The position numbers and the translations under genes were made by a program. From the NCBI RefSeq assembly GCF_035084215.1, contig NW_027139559.1, positions 7,440,001 to 7,504,000 on the forward strand: 64,000 nucleotides of DNA. Reading direction: 5' to 3'. Below, piece by piece: positions 51,889 to 64,000 of the stretch. Source of the DNA: Heptranchias perlo. Taxonomy: Eukaryota. Every line of letters begins with the position of its first letter. The stretch's first letter is position 1. The notes under the pieces were generated by a model that was given only the letters and a program-made list of their open reading frames with translations, was not told the origin of the DNA and did not search any database.

Positions 51889-54163
51889 CTGTAAGAGAGA
51901 GAGAAAAGAAAGCGGGGAAATTACTGATCAGACTTGGAGCCAAAGCAGCAGTTTGGGAGGATCTGGGGTGAAATTTCCCGCTTTCTTGCTGCATCGAACG
52001 GTGGAAACTAGTTCATTGAATTGGGCAGCGTTTCCGGGCAGAGAAATGAATTGGGAAATCGATACAGAAAGTGAACAAAGTGAGCACCGTGTCCACTGGA
52101 AGGGCCGAGTGAGGGCGCAGTGTCGGTGGTGAAGGAAGAAGGGGTTTTACCGAGTAGGAATAGAGCGCATTAAAGCCGGATTTGGCCTCCAGACGGACGG
52201 GAAATGGAGCGAATGTCGGGAAGATGAGGGGACAGGAAGATATGCGGCTGGTTTGTTGCTCTGGGTTAAGACAGCCGATAGAGGCTGGCAGTAAACGGGA
52301 AAGGCAGCTGGAGACCGAGCCAGTGAGTGAGATTGGGAAGCAGATAAGGAAAATAACATGTCGGAGCTGGAGGGGAGTCAGGAGCAGATGGTTTGGGAAT
52401 GTTGATCAACTGAAGCAACTGATGAGGAGACAGATGATTCAATTGCAGTGGGAGGAGAGGCTGGGATTCACATGGAGAGACTGCAGCAGAGCGTTAGAGG
52501 AAATCTAATCTTTAAGTCCCAATAACACAATCCAACTCGGAGAGTTAACAGTTCATTTCTGTGGTTATTGGTGTCAGGGAACATGTGTTGGGTAAAAAAA
52601 TGTGTTAATTAACATTACTTTGTACATTCAATTAAAATTAATATTAAAAGTATTAATTAAATCGACCTTGTTTTTTATTGAATCCTTCCGAGCTTCAAAA
52701 CTGCAGTATCCGAATAATCCAATGCGATGACGAAATTACAGATTCTATTCTTTAAGTAAATTTTAATTATGTTCAGAGATTTGTTGGGAAACAAGGAACA
52801 TTCACGAAAACGGAGTGAGGACCTGACAGTGATATAAACATGAGGAGCGAGTCCTAGAATCAAAACTCGCCCAAACTGACAACATCATAATAACACCTTC
52901 AAGTTACACTCTCTATGTTTAAATGTACTAGAAGTTTCAACAGTTCATTCTGATAAATTATTCACACCACAGCCACTCGCTTTCCCTCTCAGTCGCCCTC
53001 TCTATCACTCACTCTACTCTCCTTCTCAACTTCATTTTCATATCCGATTAAATCCTATCATCCTGCCCTTGCATTCTGCTCACCATCCACTTGTTGCACC
53101 GATCCTATTCTCAGTGTCAGTTTGTTAAATAGTGATGCCTCTGTTGAACAGTTTAATGTTCCGACAGATCATTCAAGTCTCCACCTGTTCACCTACACTG
53201 TTCACTTCATCTACAAATCATGGAAAAGACAGAATCAAATGCCTCTTCCAGACAGATTTCACAATAATTGAGATTCCTTCTCCTGTAATTATAAAGTAAA
53301 GTGTTAGATGGTGGGATTGTTCAATTAACAAAATGCCAACATCATACTTATAATCTACAGATAAAAAGAAGGGCTCTTGATTCCAACTGATACAGTGCAA
53401 ACTGATACAACATAACCTCAAAACTTTTCATTTTACAGTGAAGTCCAGTGACAGTCCGTGAATTTATCCACAGTGAAGCGGAGGAGGAGATGTGAAAGTG
53501 TCAGCAGCAAACTCAGTTCAGTAACCAGACATCTGAAGCGGCGTCAGATACACACATAATGAAATAATATTTCACAACAGTGATAACCAATAAATACAAT
53601 GTAATCCCAGTTTAACTGAAGCATATTATTGGGGAGGGAGGATATTGCACTGCCTCCATGTAACACTGAGACGCTGAGCTGTCTCATAATCAATCACTGA
53701 AAACATAGTAATGAAAAAATATTCCAGGACAGGATAGTTCTACAGCATTAAACTGTTAACAACTTCTGATGGTCTGATACCAGCTCTTTGCCCAGACACC
53801 TGATTCCAATACATTCAGTGGAGAATAACCCAGTCACAATGGTAGAGTTGGATACACAAAGGTCACTAAGGATATGATGTAACTATTACAAGACCGAACG
53901 TTTAGAATCTATGGACATACCATTACACAACATTCAGTACAGACAATTATCCAGTAACAACGCCACGGCTGGACATACAAAGGTCAATACAGATATAATG
54001 ACACTCCTACACTACTGAAAGTGCAGAGAATTAACACATTCCTTCATTCAGTAGATAGAACAGAACAGGCGACTGTGTAAAACATGCAGGGAGAAAATAA
54101 ATTGCTAAGTACAACAGCAGAGTCATCAATTTACACCATTAACAGCTGAGGTAAACGGCTTAC

Positions 54164-54233
54164 CCGGAACTCCGAAGGCTGCAAGAACAGGATAATAAAT
54201 GCGTTCTATCTGTTGGATTACTGGATATCCCAT
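54164..54233 (-). CDS. GPR139/GPR142-like GPCR, exon 1 (MGYPVIQQIERIYYPVLAAFGVP)
   Basis: ATG at 54233; phase-1 GTAAG donor at 54163; splices in frame to exon 2 giving 335 aa (1008 nt with stop); YYxxLxxxGxPxN TM1 signature. Confidence 0.88.
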
Positions 54234-54726
54234 TTCTGTGAGAAGCACTGACTTCTGTTGGTCTGGACACCACAACTCGGGCGGGCAATCTGAGCTGATC
54301 CATTCCAACAAGCCCTGATATAAACAGGGATTAATTCTCCAATGACAACGTTATACTCTGATGACTGCCATCATTTACAGTCTATTGAACAAACACATTA
54401 CAGAGGCAGCTATGACTCCGATGTAAATAATGTGGTCGAAATATCATAAGCATCTCAAAGTCCAAGACATTAAATTAATCAGACCTCTCTCAGGAATAAA
54501 GTTAAAAGCTGTAATCACACAGGACTGATCCAACAATTATGAGAGGCTTCATTTACAGTTTTCCTCTAATTGTATTGACTATGTTCACTCCTGGCGATTC
54601 ATTTATAATTTGTAGAGATTTCTCCGCAGTGTACACTGAATCCAGGGACATAAACAGACCCGTTTCACTCTGTTCCTGAAGTTTCCCAGTTAAAATATGA
54701 ATTTGAGTCTCTGATACGAGGACAGT

Positions 54727-54865
54727 TAAAGGGCAGGTTGAGGATTGCAGCGTAGAAATGACCGTGGGTGATATCAGGGGACGGACACTGAGCGTTTTAA
54801 AGGGCAGGTTGAGGATTGCAGTCTAGTAATGACTGTGGGTGATATTAGGGGACGGACACTGAACG
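54727..54865. repeat. ~70-bp direct duplication upstream of the GPCR
   Basis: TTAAAGGGCAGGTTGAGGATTGCAG...GGGGACGGACACTGA x2. Confidence 0.85.
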
Positions 54866-55292
54866 GTCCCCATTGACACTCCTCTCTCCGCTATTTCACT
54901 GCAAATGTTAACCTTTTTATTCTACATTGGTTAACGGCTCCAGTAAAATTGTCGCCATGGAACGCGGAGCTGAGCTCAGGACCCGATTTAACCTCCATCA
55001 CAAAGACCCTGTGATTCCCTCAGCCGCCTCCATTCCTTCCTCGGCCCATTGCCACTAATCCCTCATCAATGTCTCTCTCCCTCCAGGCTCCATTCATCCA
55101 ATGCACTCCTGGCCGGCCACACAATCTCCACCTTCCAACCACCACCAAGTCCAGCTTGACCTCACTAACACTCACTGGTTCACAGTTCCATACCACTCAA
55201 ATTTAAAATTCGCTTACATCTCTCCATTGCCCAACCTGTCCCATCTCCACATCGACAGCAAACCGACCCGTGACCTCCTCATTCAAATTAAG

Positions 55293-57330
55293 GATACGGT
55301 TGCATGGAGGTAATATTACTGGACAACTAATCCGGAATCATTAGTTCAAATCCCGCCGTAACAGCTGGGGAATTTAAATTCAATTAGTTAAATAAAATCT
55401 AGAATTAAAAAAAAACTAGTATCAGTAATGGCTCTGAAACTACCATGAAACTACTCTTAATCACATTCTGAAATGGCCTAGCAAGACACTCAGTTGTACA
55501 ATCTCGCTACACAAAGTCATCATAAGCAAAAAACCGGACAGACCACACGGCATGGAGCCACGAGGCACCGGACACGAAAAAGGCAAACCAAACCCAGTCG
55601 CCCCTCCAAAGTCCTCCTCACTAATATCTGGGGATTTGTGCGAAAATTGGGAAGAGTTATCACACAGACTAGTCAAGCAACAGCATGACATAGCCATACT
55701 CACAGAATCATACCTTTCAGCCAACGTCCCAGACCCTTCCATCACTATCCCTGGGTATGTCCTGTCCCACCGGCAAGACAGACCGACCAGGGGTGGTGGT
55801 TCAGTGATATACAGTCAGGAGGGAGTGGCCCTAGGAGTCCGTAACATTGACTCCGGACCCCATGAAATCTTATGACATCAGGTCAAAAATGGGCAAGGAA
55901 ACCTCCTGTTGATGACCACCGATCGCACTCCCTCAGCTCATGAATCAGCCCCCCTCCATGTTGAGCACCACCTGAAGGCAGCAGTGAGTATGGCAAGGTC
56001 ACAAAATTTACGCTGGGTGGGGGTCTTGAATGTCCAGGAGTGGCTCGGCAGCACCACGACTGACCGAGCTGGCCGAGCCCTGAAGGACTTAGCTGCCAGA
56101 CTGAGCCTGCGGCAGGTGGTGAGTGAACCAACACGAGGGTGAAACCGACTTGACCTCGTCCTCACCAATCTACCGGACGTGGATGCATCTGTCTATGACA
56201 GTATTGGTAGGCATGACCACCGCACAGTCCTTGTGGAGACCAAGTCCCGACTTCACACTGAGGACACCTTCCGAAGTGTTGTGTGGCACTACCACCGTGC
56301 TAAATGGGATAGATTCAGGACAGATCTAGCAGCTCAAAACTGGGCATCCATAAGGCGCTGTGGGCCATCAGCAGCAGCAGAAGTGTATTCCAGCACAATC
56401 TGTAACCTCATGGCACGGCATATCCCTCACTGAACCATTACCAACAAGCCAGGTGATCAATCCTGGTTCAATGAGGAGTGTCAAAGAGCATGCCAGGAGC
56501 AGCACCAGGCGGACCTAAAAGCGAGCTGCCAACCTGGTAAAACTACAACACATGACTACATGCAGGCGAAGCAGCGTAAGCAACATGCTATAGACAAATC
56601 GAAGCTATTCCACAACCAACGGATCAGATCAAAGCTCAGCAGTCCTGCCACATCCAGTCTTGAATGGTGGTGGACAATTAAACAACTAACGGGAGGAGGA
56701 GACGTTGTAAACGAGCCGCGCCTCTGATCAAACTCTTCCAGTACAGCTACAATACTGTCATCTAGCCGACAATGTGGAATATTGCCCAGGTGTGTCCTGC
56801 AGACAAAAATCAGGACAAATCCAATCGACCCAATTACCGTCCCATCAGACTGCACTCAATCATCAGCACAGTGATGGAAGGTGTCGTCGACCGTGCTGTC
56901 AAGCGACACTTATTCACCCATAACCTGCTCACCGATGCTCAGTTTGGGTTCCGCCAACCATTCGGCTCCAGACCTTAGCATTGGTCCAAACATGGACAAA
57001 AAAGCTGAATTCCAGAGGTGAGGTGAGAGTGACTGCCCTTGACCTCAAGGTAGCATTTTACCGAATGTAGCACCAAGGAGCCCGAGTAAAATTGAAGTCA
57101 ATGGGAATCAGGGGGGAAACTCTCTATTGGCTGGAGTCATACCTTGCACAAAGGAAGATGGTAGTCGTTGTTGGAGGCCGGTCGGCTCAGCACCAGGACA
57201 TTGCTGCAGGTGTTCCTCAGGGCAGTGCCCGAGGCCCAACCATCTTCAGCTGCTTCATCAATGACCTTCCCTCCATCATAAGGTCAGAAATTGCAAACGA
57301 CGCCCACATCCCATGAATGAATTTAAAAAA
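55293..57330 (+). mobile_element. Family B non-LTR retrotransposon, internally deleted, with tRNA-like 5' head, APE endonuclease, RT remnant and poly-A tail
   Basis: B-box GTTCAAATCC 55344-55353; ILTESYL...HRQDRPTRGGG; WHYHRAKWDRF; NYRPIRL; GVPQGS; family B 3' end at 57290-57330. Confidence 0.8.
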
Positions 57331-58429
57331 ATATGGAGTTTCAGAATGCGTTTGTTAAGGTACCACATGATAGACTTGTCAGCAAAATTAAAGCCCATGG
57401 CATTACAGGGACAGTGGCAGTGTGGATACAAAATTTCCTGAGGGAGAGAAAGCAGAGAACAGTGGTGGACGGTTGATTAACAGACTCGAGGGAAGTATAC
57501 AGTGGTGCTCCCCGGGGGTCAGTACTGAGGCCACTGCTCTTTTTGATATATATTAACGACTTGGACTCGGGTATAGAGGGTATAATTTCAAAGATTGCAC
57601 GTAAAACGAAACTCAGAATTGGAGTAAGCAATATGGAGAGTAGTAACAGACTTCAGGAGGACATAGACAGACTGCTGAAATAAGCAGACCCATGTCAGAT
57701 GAAATTTAACGCAGAGAAGTGTGAAGTGATGCATTTTGTTGGGAAGAATGAGGAGAGCCAATATAAACTAACTGGTACAATTTTAAAAGTAGTGAAAGAA
57801 CAGAGAGACCTGCGGGTGTGCATTCACATCTGTTTGAAGTTGGCAGGATAAGTTCAGCAGCCTGTTAAAAACGCATATGGGATCCCGGGCTTTATTAATA
57901 GAGGGAAGGAAGTTATGCCAAACCAAAGAAAAATACTGGTTAGGCCTCAGCTGGAGTATTGTGTCCAATTCTTGGGCACCAAACTTTAGGAAGGATGTCA
58001 AGATCTTGGAGACGGTGCAGAAGAGATTTACTACAATGGTTCCAGGGATGAAGGATTTCAGTTATGTGGAGAGACTGGAGAAGCTGGAGTTGTTCTCCTT
58101 GGAACAAAGAACATTAAGAGGAAATTTTATAGAGGTGTGAAAAATCATGAACGGTTTTGACATAGTAAAAATGGATAAACGATTGTCAGCGGTCGACGGG
58201 TCGGTTACCAGAGGGCACAAACTTAAGGAGATCGGCAACAATGCCAGAGGCAACATGAGGAAACATTCTGTTACGCAGCGAGCTGTAATGTTCTGTAAAG
58301 CACTGCCTGAAATGGCGGTCATGATGTGGAGATGCCGGTGGAGATGTGGAGATGCCAGTGATGGACTGGGGTTGACAATTGTCAACAATTTTATAACACC
58401 AAGTTATAGTCCAGCAATTTTATTTTAAA

Positions 58430-58468
58430 TTCACAAGCTTTCGGAGGCTTCCTCCTTCATCAGGTGAA
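58430..58468 (-). ncRNA. Minimal type I hammerhead ribozyme (CUGAUGA core)
   Basis: TTCAC-CTGATGA-A-GGAGG(AAG)CCTCC-GAAA-GC-TT-GTGAA on the minus strand. Confidence 0.82.
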
Positions 58469-58482
58469 CGATGTCGACATCG

Positions 58483-58521
58483 TTCACCTGAGGAAGGAGG
58501 AAGCCTCCGAAAGCTTGTGAA
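58483..58521 (+). ncRNA. Minimal type I hammerhead ribozyme (CUGAGGA core)
   Basis: TTCAC-CTGAGGA-A-GGAGG(AAG)CCTCC-GAAA-GC-TT-GTGAA. Confidence 0.8.
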
Positions 58522-59344
58522 TTTAAAATAAAATTGCTGGACTATAACTTGGTGTTGTAAAATTGTTTACAATTGAAATGGTGGTGGAAGCTGATTCAAA
58601 GGTAATTTCCAAAAAGCGAATTGGATAAATACTTGAAGGGAAAAAATTACGCGGCTATCGGGAAAGAGCCGGGCAATGCAACTAAATTGGATAGCTCTTT
58701 CAAAGAGCTGGCACATTCACGATGGGGCGAATAGCCTCATCCTGTGCTGTATCTGCTATAATACTATGGTACCTCAGGACGTCGCAATACACTTTACTGT
58801 CAATGAAGTACAATTTGTAGCCTAGTCACTGTGGCAATGTAGGAAACACGGCAGCCAATGTTGACACAGCAATCTCCCACAAACAGCAATGAGATAACTT
58901 ACCAGAAAATCGGTTTTAATAATGTTGTTTGATGGATAAATATTGACAATTCACCGGGGACCCTTGCTCTTTTTCGAATAGTGCCGTGGGATCTTTCACA
59001 TCTACCTGAGAGAGCAGATGGAGCCGCGGATTAACACATCGTATGAAAGTCGGCACCTCCAACAGTAAAGCGCTGCCTCATTACTGACCCTCTGACAGAG
59101 TTAGGGAGGGGCGAGGCCCTGGTGGATTAATTTGAAAGAAAACAATAAAATTGAACAGCATGCTCAGGAGACTGGAATCCAATGCAGGTCAGTAAAGGCT
59201 TGCATAATTGGTGATCGACTCACCAATCAAAAAGCCAGGGGTGGTGATGGAATCCGTGGCAAGAATGTGGAGATTGTGGGGCCAAAGGTCATGACGTCCC
59301 AATTTTCAACTGGAGGAAGTTGTGGCTCGTCTAAAACAGAACGC

Positions 59345-61690
59345 CGGTGTGGGCATCGCTGGCAAGGCAAGCATTTATTACCCATCCCTAATTGCCCTTT
59401 CAAGGTGGTGGTGAGCCGCCTTTTTGAACTGCGGCAGTCCGTGTGGTGATGGTTCTAACACAGTGCTGTTCGGAAGGGAGTTCCAGGATTTGGACCCAGC
59501 GACGATGAAGGAACGGCGATATATTTCCAAGTCGGGATAGTGTGTGACATAGAGGGGAACGTGCAGTGGTGTTGTTCCCATGAGCCTGCTGCTCTTGACC
59601 TTCGAAGTGGTGGTGGTCGCGGTTTTGGGAGTTACTGTTGAAGAAGCCTTGGCGAGTTGCTGCAGGGCATCCTGTAGATGGTAAAGACTGCAGCAACGGT
59701 GTACTGGTAGTGAAGGGATTGAATGTTTAGGCTGGTGGATGGGGTTCCAATCAAGCGGGCTGCTTTGTCCTGGATGGTGTCGAGCTTCTTAAGTGTTGTT
59801 GGAGCTAAACTCATCCAGGCAAGTGGACAATAATCCATCACACACCTGACTTGTGCCTTGTCGATGGTGGAAAGGCTTTGGGCAGCCAGGAGGTGAGTAC
59901 TCGCCGCAGAATACCCAGCCTCTGACCTGCTCTTGCCGCCACCCTGTTTATGTGGCTGGTCCAGTTTTGTTTCTGCTCAGTGGTGACCACCAGGATGTTG
60001 ATGGCGGGGAATTCGGTGATGGTAATGCCGCTGAATGTCAAGGGGAGGTGGTTAAACTCTTTATTTTTGGAGATGGCCATTGCCTTGCACTTGTCTGGCG
60101 TGAATGTTACTTGCCACATATCAGCCCAAGCCTGGATTCAGGGCATGGATTGCTTCATTATCTGAGGGGTTGCGAATGGAACTGAACACTGTGCAATCAT
60201 CAGTGAACATCACCACTTCTGAAATTATGAAGGAGGGAAGGTCATTGATGAAGCAGCTGAAGATGGTTGGGCCTAGGACACTGCCCTGAGGAACTCCTGC
60301 AGCAATGTCCTGGGGCTGAGATGAGTGGCCTCCAACAACCACTACCATCTTCCTTTGTGCCAGGTATGACTCCAACCACTGGAGAGTTTTCCCCCTGATT
60401 CCCATTGACTACAATTTCACTCGGGCTCCTTGGTGCCACACTCGGTCAAATGCTGCCTTGATAAACACAACTGCAACCGCATGACCCTCATCAAACCTTT
60501 CCGTTACTTTATCAAAGAACTCAATCAAGTTCGTAAACACAATTTTCCTTTAACAAATCCGCGCTGACTTTCATTTATTGGCCCAGTCTTTTCCAAGTCC
60601 CAATTAGTTTTCTCCCGGATTATTTCCTCTTAAATTTCCCCACCACCGACGTTCGGCTGACTGGCCTGTAATTTTGGATTCATCCCTCTCCTATTTTTTT
60701 GAACAAGGTTGCAACATTTGCAATCCTCCCGTACTCTGGCACCATCCCCATAATCTAAGGAGGATTTGGGAAATTGCAGCCAGAGCCTCCGCAATTTTCA
60801 TTCCAACTTCCCTCAGTCACCAAGGATGCATCCCATCCGGAGCGGATGACATTTCTACTTTGAGTCCTGCCAATCTTTTAAGTACATCCTCTTTATCTAT
60901 TTTCATCCTTTCCAAAATCGCTATTACCGTCTCCTTTAAAGCTCGAATGGCAGCATCCTCTTCTGAAGTGAAGACGGATGTGAAGTATTTATTCAGTACC
61001 TGAGCCATGCCCTCTGCCTTCATAATAGGATCTCCTTTTATGTCCCTAATCGGACCAACGCTTCCTTTGACTACCCTTTTACTATTTATATGTACAAAAA
61101 GACTTTGGATTCCCCTTTATTTTAGCGTTAATGGATTCTCATACGCACTCTTATGCCCCTTTTTTAGGTCTCCTCTGTATTTTTTCTTTTCAGCCTGGTT
61201 CTGTACAGTATTATGAAGTTAAATTCGTCATGAGCCTCCGCTTTCATTTTCATTTTAATCTCTAAATATTTAATCATCCAGGGAGTTCTAGCTTTGGATG
61301 TTCTTCCATTCCCCCTCGTAGGGATGTGTCTATTCTATACCCGAACCAACTCCTCCTTGAAAGCTTTCCATTGTTCAATTACAGTTTTGCCTACAACTTT
61401 CGTTTCTAATCCACCTGGGCAAGATTTCCATTACACTAACTGAAATTGACCCTCCTCCAGTTAATCATTTTCACATTTGATTGTACCTTGTCCTGTCCCT
61501 TAATTATTCTAAACTTAATATTATGATCACTGTTCCCCAAATGATCCCCGACTGAAACATACTCTACCTATCCCACCTCATTCCCCAGAATTAGATCTAG
61601 GACTGTTTCCATCCTCTTTGGGCTTGTAACACACTGTTCCAGAAAGTTCTCTTGAACACATTTCAGGAATTCCTCCCCCTCTTTGCCCTT
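59345..61690 (-). mobile_element. Family B LINE 3' part (59345-60462) adjoining a CR1-like ORF2 fragment (60462-61690)
   Basis: GVPQGSVLGPTIFSCFINDLP...FTDDCT; LNKYFTSVFT...SAPDGMHP. Confidence 0.85.
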
Positions 61691-62489
61691 GTCTGGAAAG
61701 ACAATCTATAAATGCAAATCCTTACCTTCTTTCAGACCTTCCAGAAAACTCATCTCTTGCTTCAAGCTTTTCCCATCCCTCCTAATATCTCCTTCTTTAG
61801 CCGGGGATCCATTTTGTATCTAATGATATCTCACTGAGTCGTCTTAGGTTAATTATCTATGTTAAAGGCGCTATATAAATGCAAGTTATTAGCAAGTATG
61901 TTTTGTCATCCTCCACTCACTTTATCCCTCCATTGGTGGCCATTCTTTCATACATCTAAATTCTACTCTTGATAACCAACCGTATCATCTCCTTCTCTCC
62001 ATTTATATCTCCTCCTTTTACACCCTCCTTAAACCCGATCGTTTTCCCTCACTCCTCTGTGAATCCCCTTGGGAATGTTTATTATACAAAAGGCGGTCTA
62101 TGAATGCAAGTTGTTGCTGATTTTCATTGGAATGTGTTCATTTATTGTCCATTTTAGGAGCAGAACTAATTTCTACGCTGATATTCTTGTACCAGAAATT
62201 GATTTTATATGATTGACGGATTTGTTGAGATAAATTAACACTGGAAACTACTCGTGGGCAACGTTTCGTTCGAACAGCATAACTTTTTAATCTACAGACA
62301 TCCCACTGAATTAGGTTTGCACAGCAATGAATCAGCCTTCAGGGAGTCCTTTATCTAAGAGGAGAGCAGCAACATTGACTAAGATGAAACTTTATTCGAT
62401 ATTTGTCTTTTTTTCTCTGGCAAGAGTCCGTTTTACTGCTCTCTGGGGATGATGACCAGGATGAAGCTGTTATTAATTATTCTCTATGG

Positions 62490-63790
62490 TTAAAGCCCGT
62501 AGTTCCAGAGTATTGTGTGCAGTTTTGGTGCCCAATTACAGAAACAAAATGAAAGCCATCGTGGACACAATGCAGAATGACTCGAATGAGGCCAGGGAAG
62601 GGAAATCGACTATGAAAGATTTGAAATGCTGGGATTATTTCCACGGGAACTGAGAAGAGGAGACACCCATTATGAAGGTGTCTGATAGAGTCATTGAGAA
62701 TGACTGTATCCTCTGATTTATAGGATCAGTGAGAATTTCAGCTCATCGTTAAAGTGTTAAATGTAAATTCTTCACGCAGCGGTTTTTTGGAGCATGGAAT
62801 GTTTTACTACGGGGAATGGAACAAACAGAAAAGATGCAATTGCATCTTTAACCACTACATCGTTTAAGAGCAAATGGAATAAATATTTTAAATTGACAAC
62901 AATTAAGGGCATTTGGAAGAAAGTGGACCGTGGCATAAGTTTTGAATTGCTGTAACCCAGTGATGTCGACATGGTCCCCGTGATAATCTGCACTGGATAG
63001 TCGTGTTTCTGCATTGTACACTATTTCACACTACACCAGTATATCCCAGGGATGTAACAATATGCTGATAATCTGAACTTGATATTCGTGTTTCTAAATT
63101 GTCCAATATCGGACGCTATGATGGCATAAACCAGGGATGTAACAATACAAAGATTTTACATAGATTCTGCATAGAATTTACAACACAGAAACCCCACCTC
63201 ATCTAACCCAATCAGCATGTGGCAGTTACTCCCAGCGAGTAGTTCTGATATGGAATGCTGCCTGAACGGATGGTGGAAGCAGATTCAAGCGTGGCTTCCA
63301 AAAAGGAATTGGATAAGGGAATAAAATGGAAGAGCATGACAATCAGACCAACTGGTTTGCTCTTACAAAGAGCCGGCACCGGCTCGGTGGGGGCATGGCT
63401 TCCTTCCGTGTTCTAACCATTCTATGATTCTATGATTCTGTATATTTATCTAGCTTCTCCTGAAATGCATCTATTCTATTCGCCTCAACCACCCCATGTG
63501 GTGGCAGGTTCCACATTCTATCCACTCTCTGTGTAAAAAAGTTTCTCTTGAATTCCTTATTCGATTGATTAGTGGCAATTTTATATTGATGAACCCAAGG
63601 TTTGGATTCACCACAAGTGGAAGCATCTGCTCTGCATTCACCGTATCAAAACTCTTCATAATTGTAATGACCTCTATTGGGTCACCTCTTTTCTCGGGAA
63701 AAAAAGTCCCAGTCTGTTGAGTCTTTCCTGATAGTTATAAACCCTCCGTTCTGGTCTCATTCTTATGAATCTTTTTTGGACCTTCTCCAT
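62490..63790. mobile_element. Degenerate CR1-like 3' fragments
   Basis: YCVQFWCP remnant; ATTCTATG tail at ~63420-63440; opposite-strand fragment 63440-63790. Confidence 0.7.
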
Positions 63791-64000
63791 TACTAAATTG
63801 TGCTGTGTGGCGCCCATTGTTTACATGATTCCAGCGTCATTATCTGCGCCTGCGCTAACTGCTATACCAAGATGGTGCCTGGTGCACGTCAGGCAGGAAA
63901 CGTGCGTGTACATCCAAGACGCTACCTTGGATGAAACAGAGGCTGTGTAGCGCCGAAACAACGGGCTGGTTGACATTGCCACTTGCTGCCTCTTGATATG

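Larger units (their letters stand above)
58320..58573. mobile_element. Non-coding Penelope-derived insert: 200-bp palindrome (58376-58575) with 12-bp TSD
   Basis: Arms homologous to the terminal repeat of the 25-26 kb Penelope; TSD TGAAATGG(C/T)GGT at 58308-58319 and 58574-58585. Confidence 0.9.
57340..58770 (+). mobile_element. CR1-like LINE RT/3' fragment, host of the palindromic Penelope insert
   Basis: IYINDLD, FNAEKCEVMHF, VQKRFTTM motifs. Confidence 0.85.

Noticed and set aside
51889-51994. ORF-track N-terminus of the GPCR (MQQESGKF...)
   Set aside because: Intronic; a strong acceptor at 51889 and an in-frame upstream exon at 54164-54233 supply the conserved TM1 start

Overview
Vertebrate genomic DNA, almost certainly from a cartilaginous fish (shark). 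It is not microbial: no CRISPR, rRNA or tRNA genes are supportable. The key locus, on the minus strand at ~3.2-5.2 kb, is a complete unrearranged IgNAR (heavy-chain-only shark antibody) cassette. It reads octamer/TATA promoter - split leader - type II-like VNAR (Cys22/Cys29/Cys83) - D1 - D2 - D3 - J, with all eight recombination signal sequences readable (V22; 12-D1-23; 12-D2-22; 12-D3-12; 23-J). No constant exon is visible, so C1 presumably lies left of the window. The RSS layout makes D3 obligatory, and D3 encodes Cys-Trp-Cys in one frame, which can supply the partner for the CDR1 cysteine. The window also holds an intact two-exon GPR139/GPR142-like class A GPCR (50951-54233, minus) and two paralogous C2H2 zinc-finger pseudogenes with CpG-rich promoter-like flanks. 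Most of the rest is repeats: many CR1-like LINE fragments, a second LINE family, Deu-domain SINEs and many minisatellites. Two Penelope-like insertions carry minimal hammerhead ribozyme motifs, one being a 200-bp near-perfect palindrome of two opposed hammerheads. Repeat boundaries are approximate. Family names come from motif recognition, not database searches.
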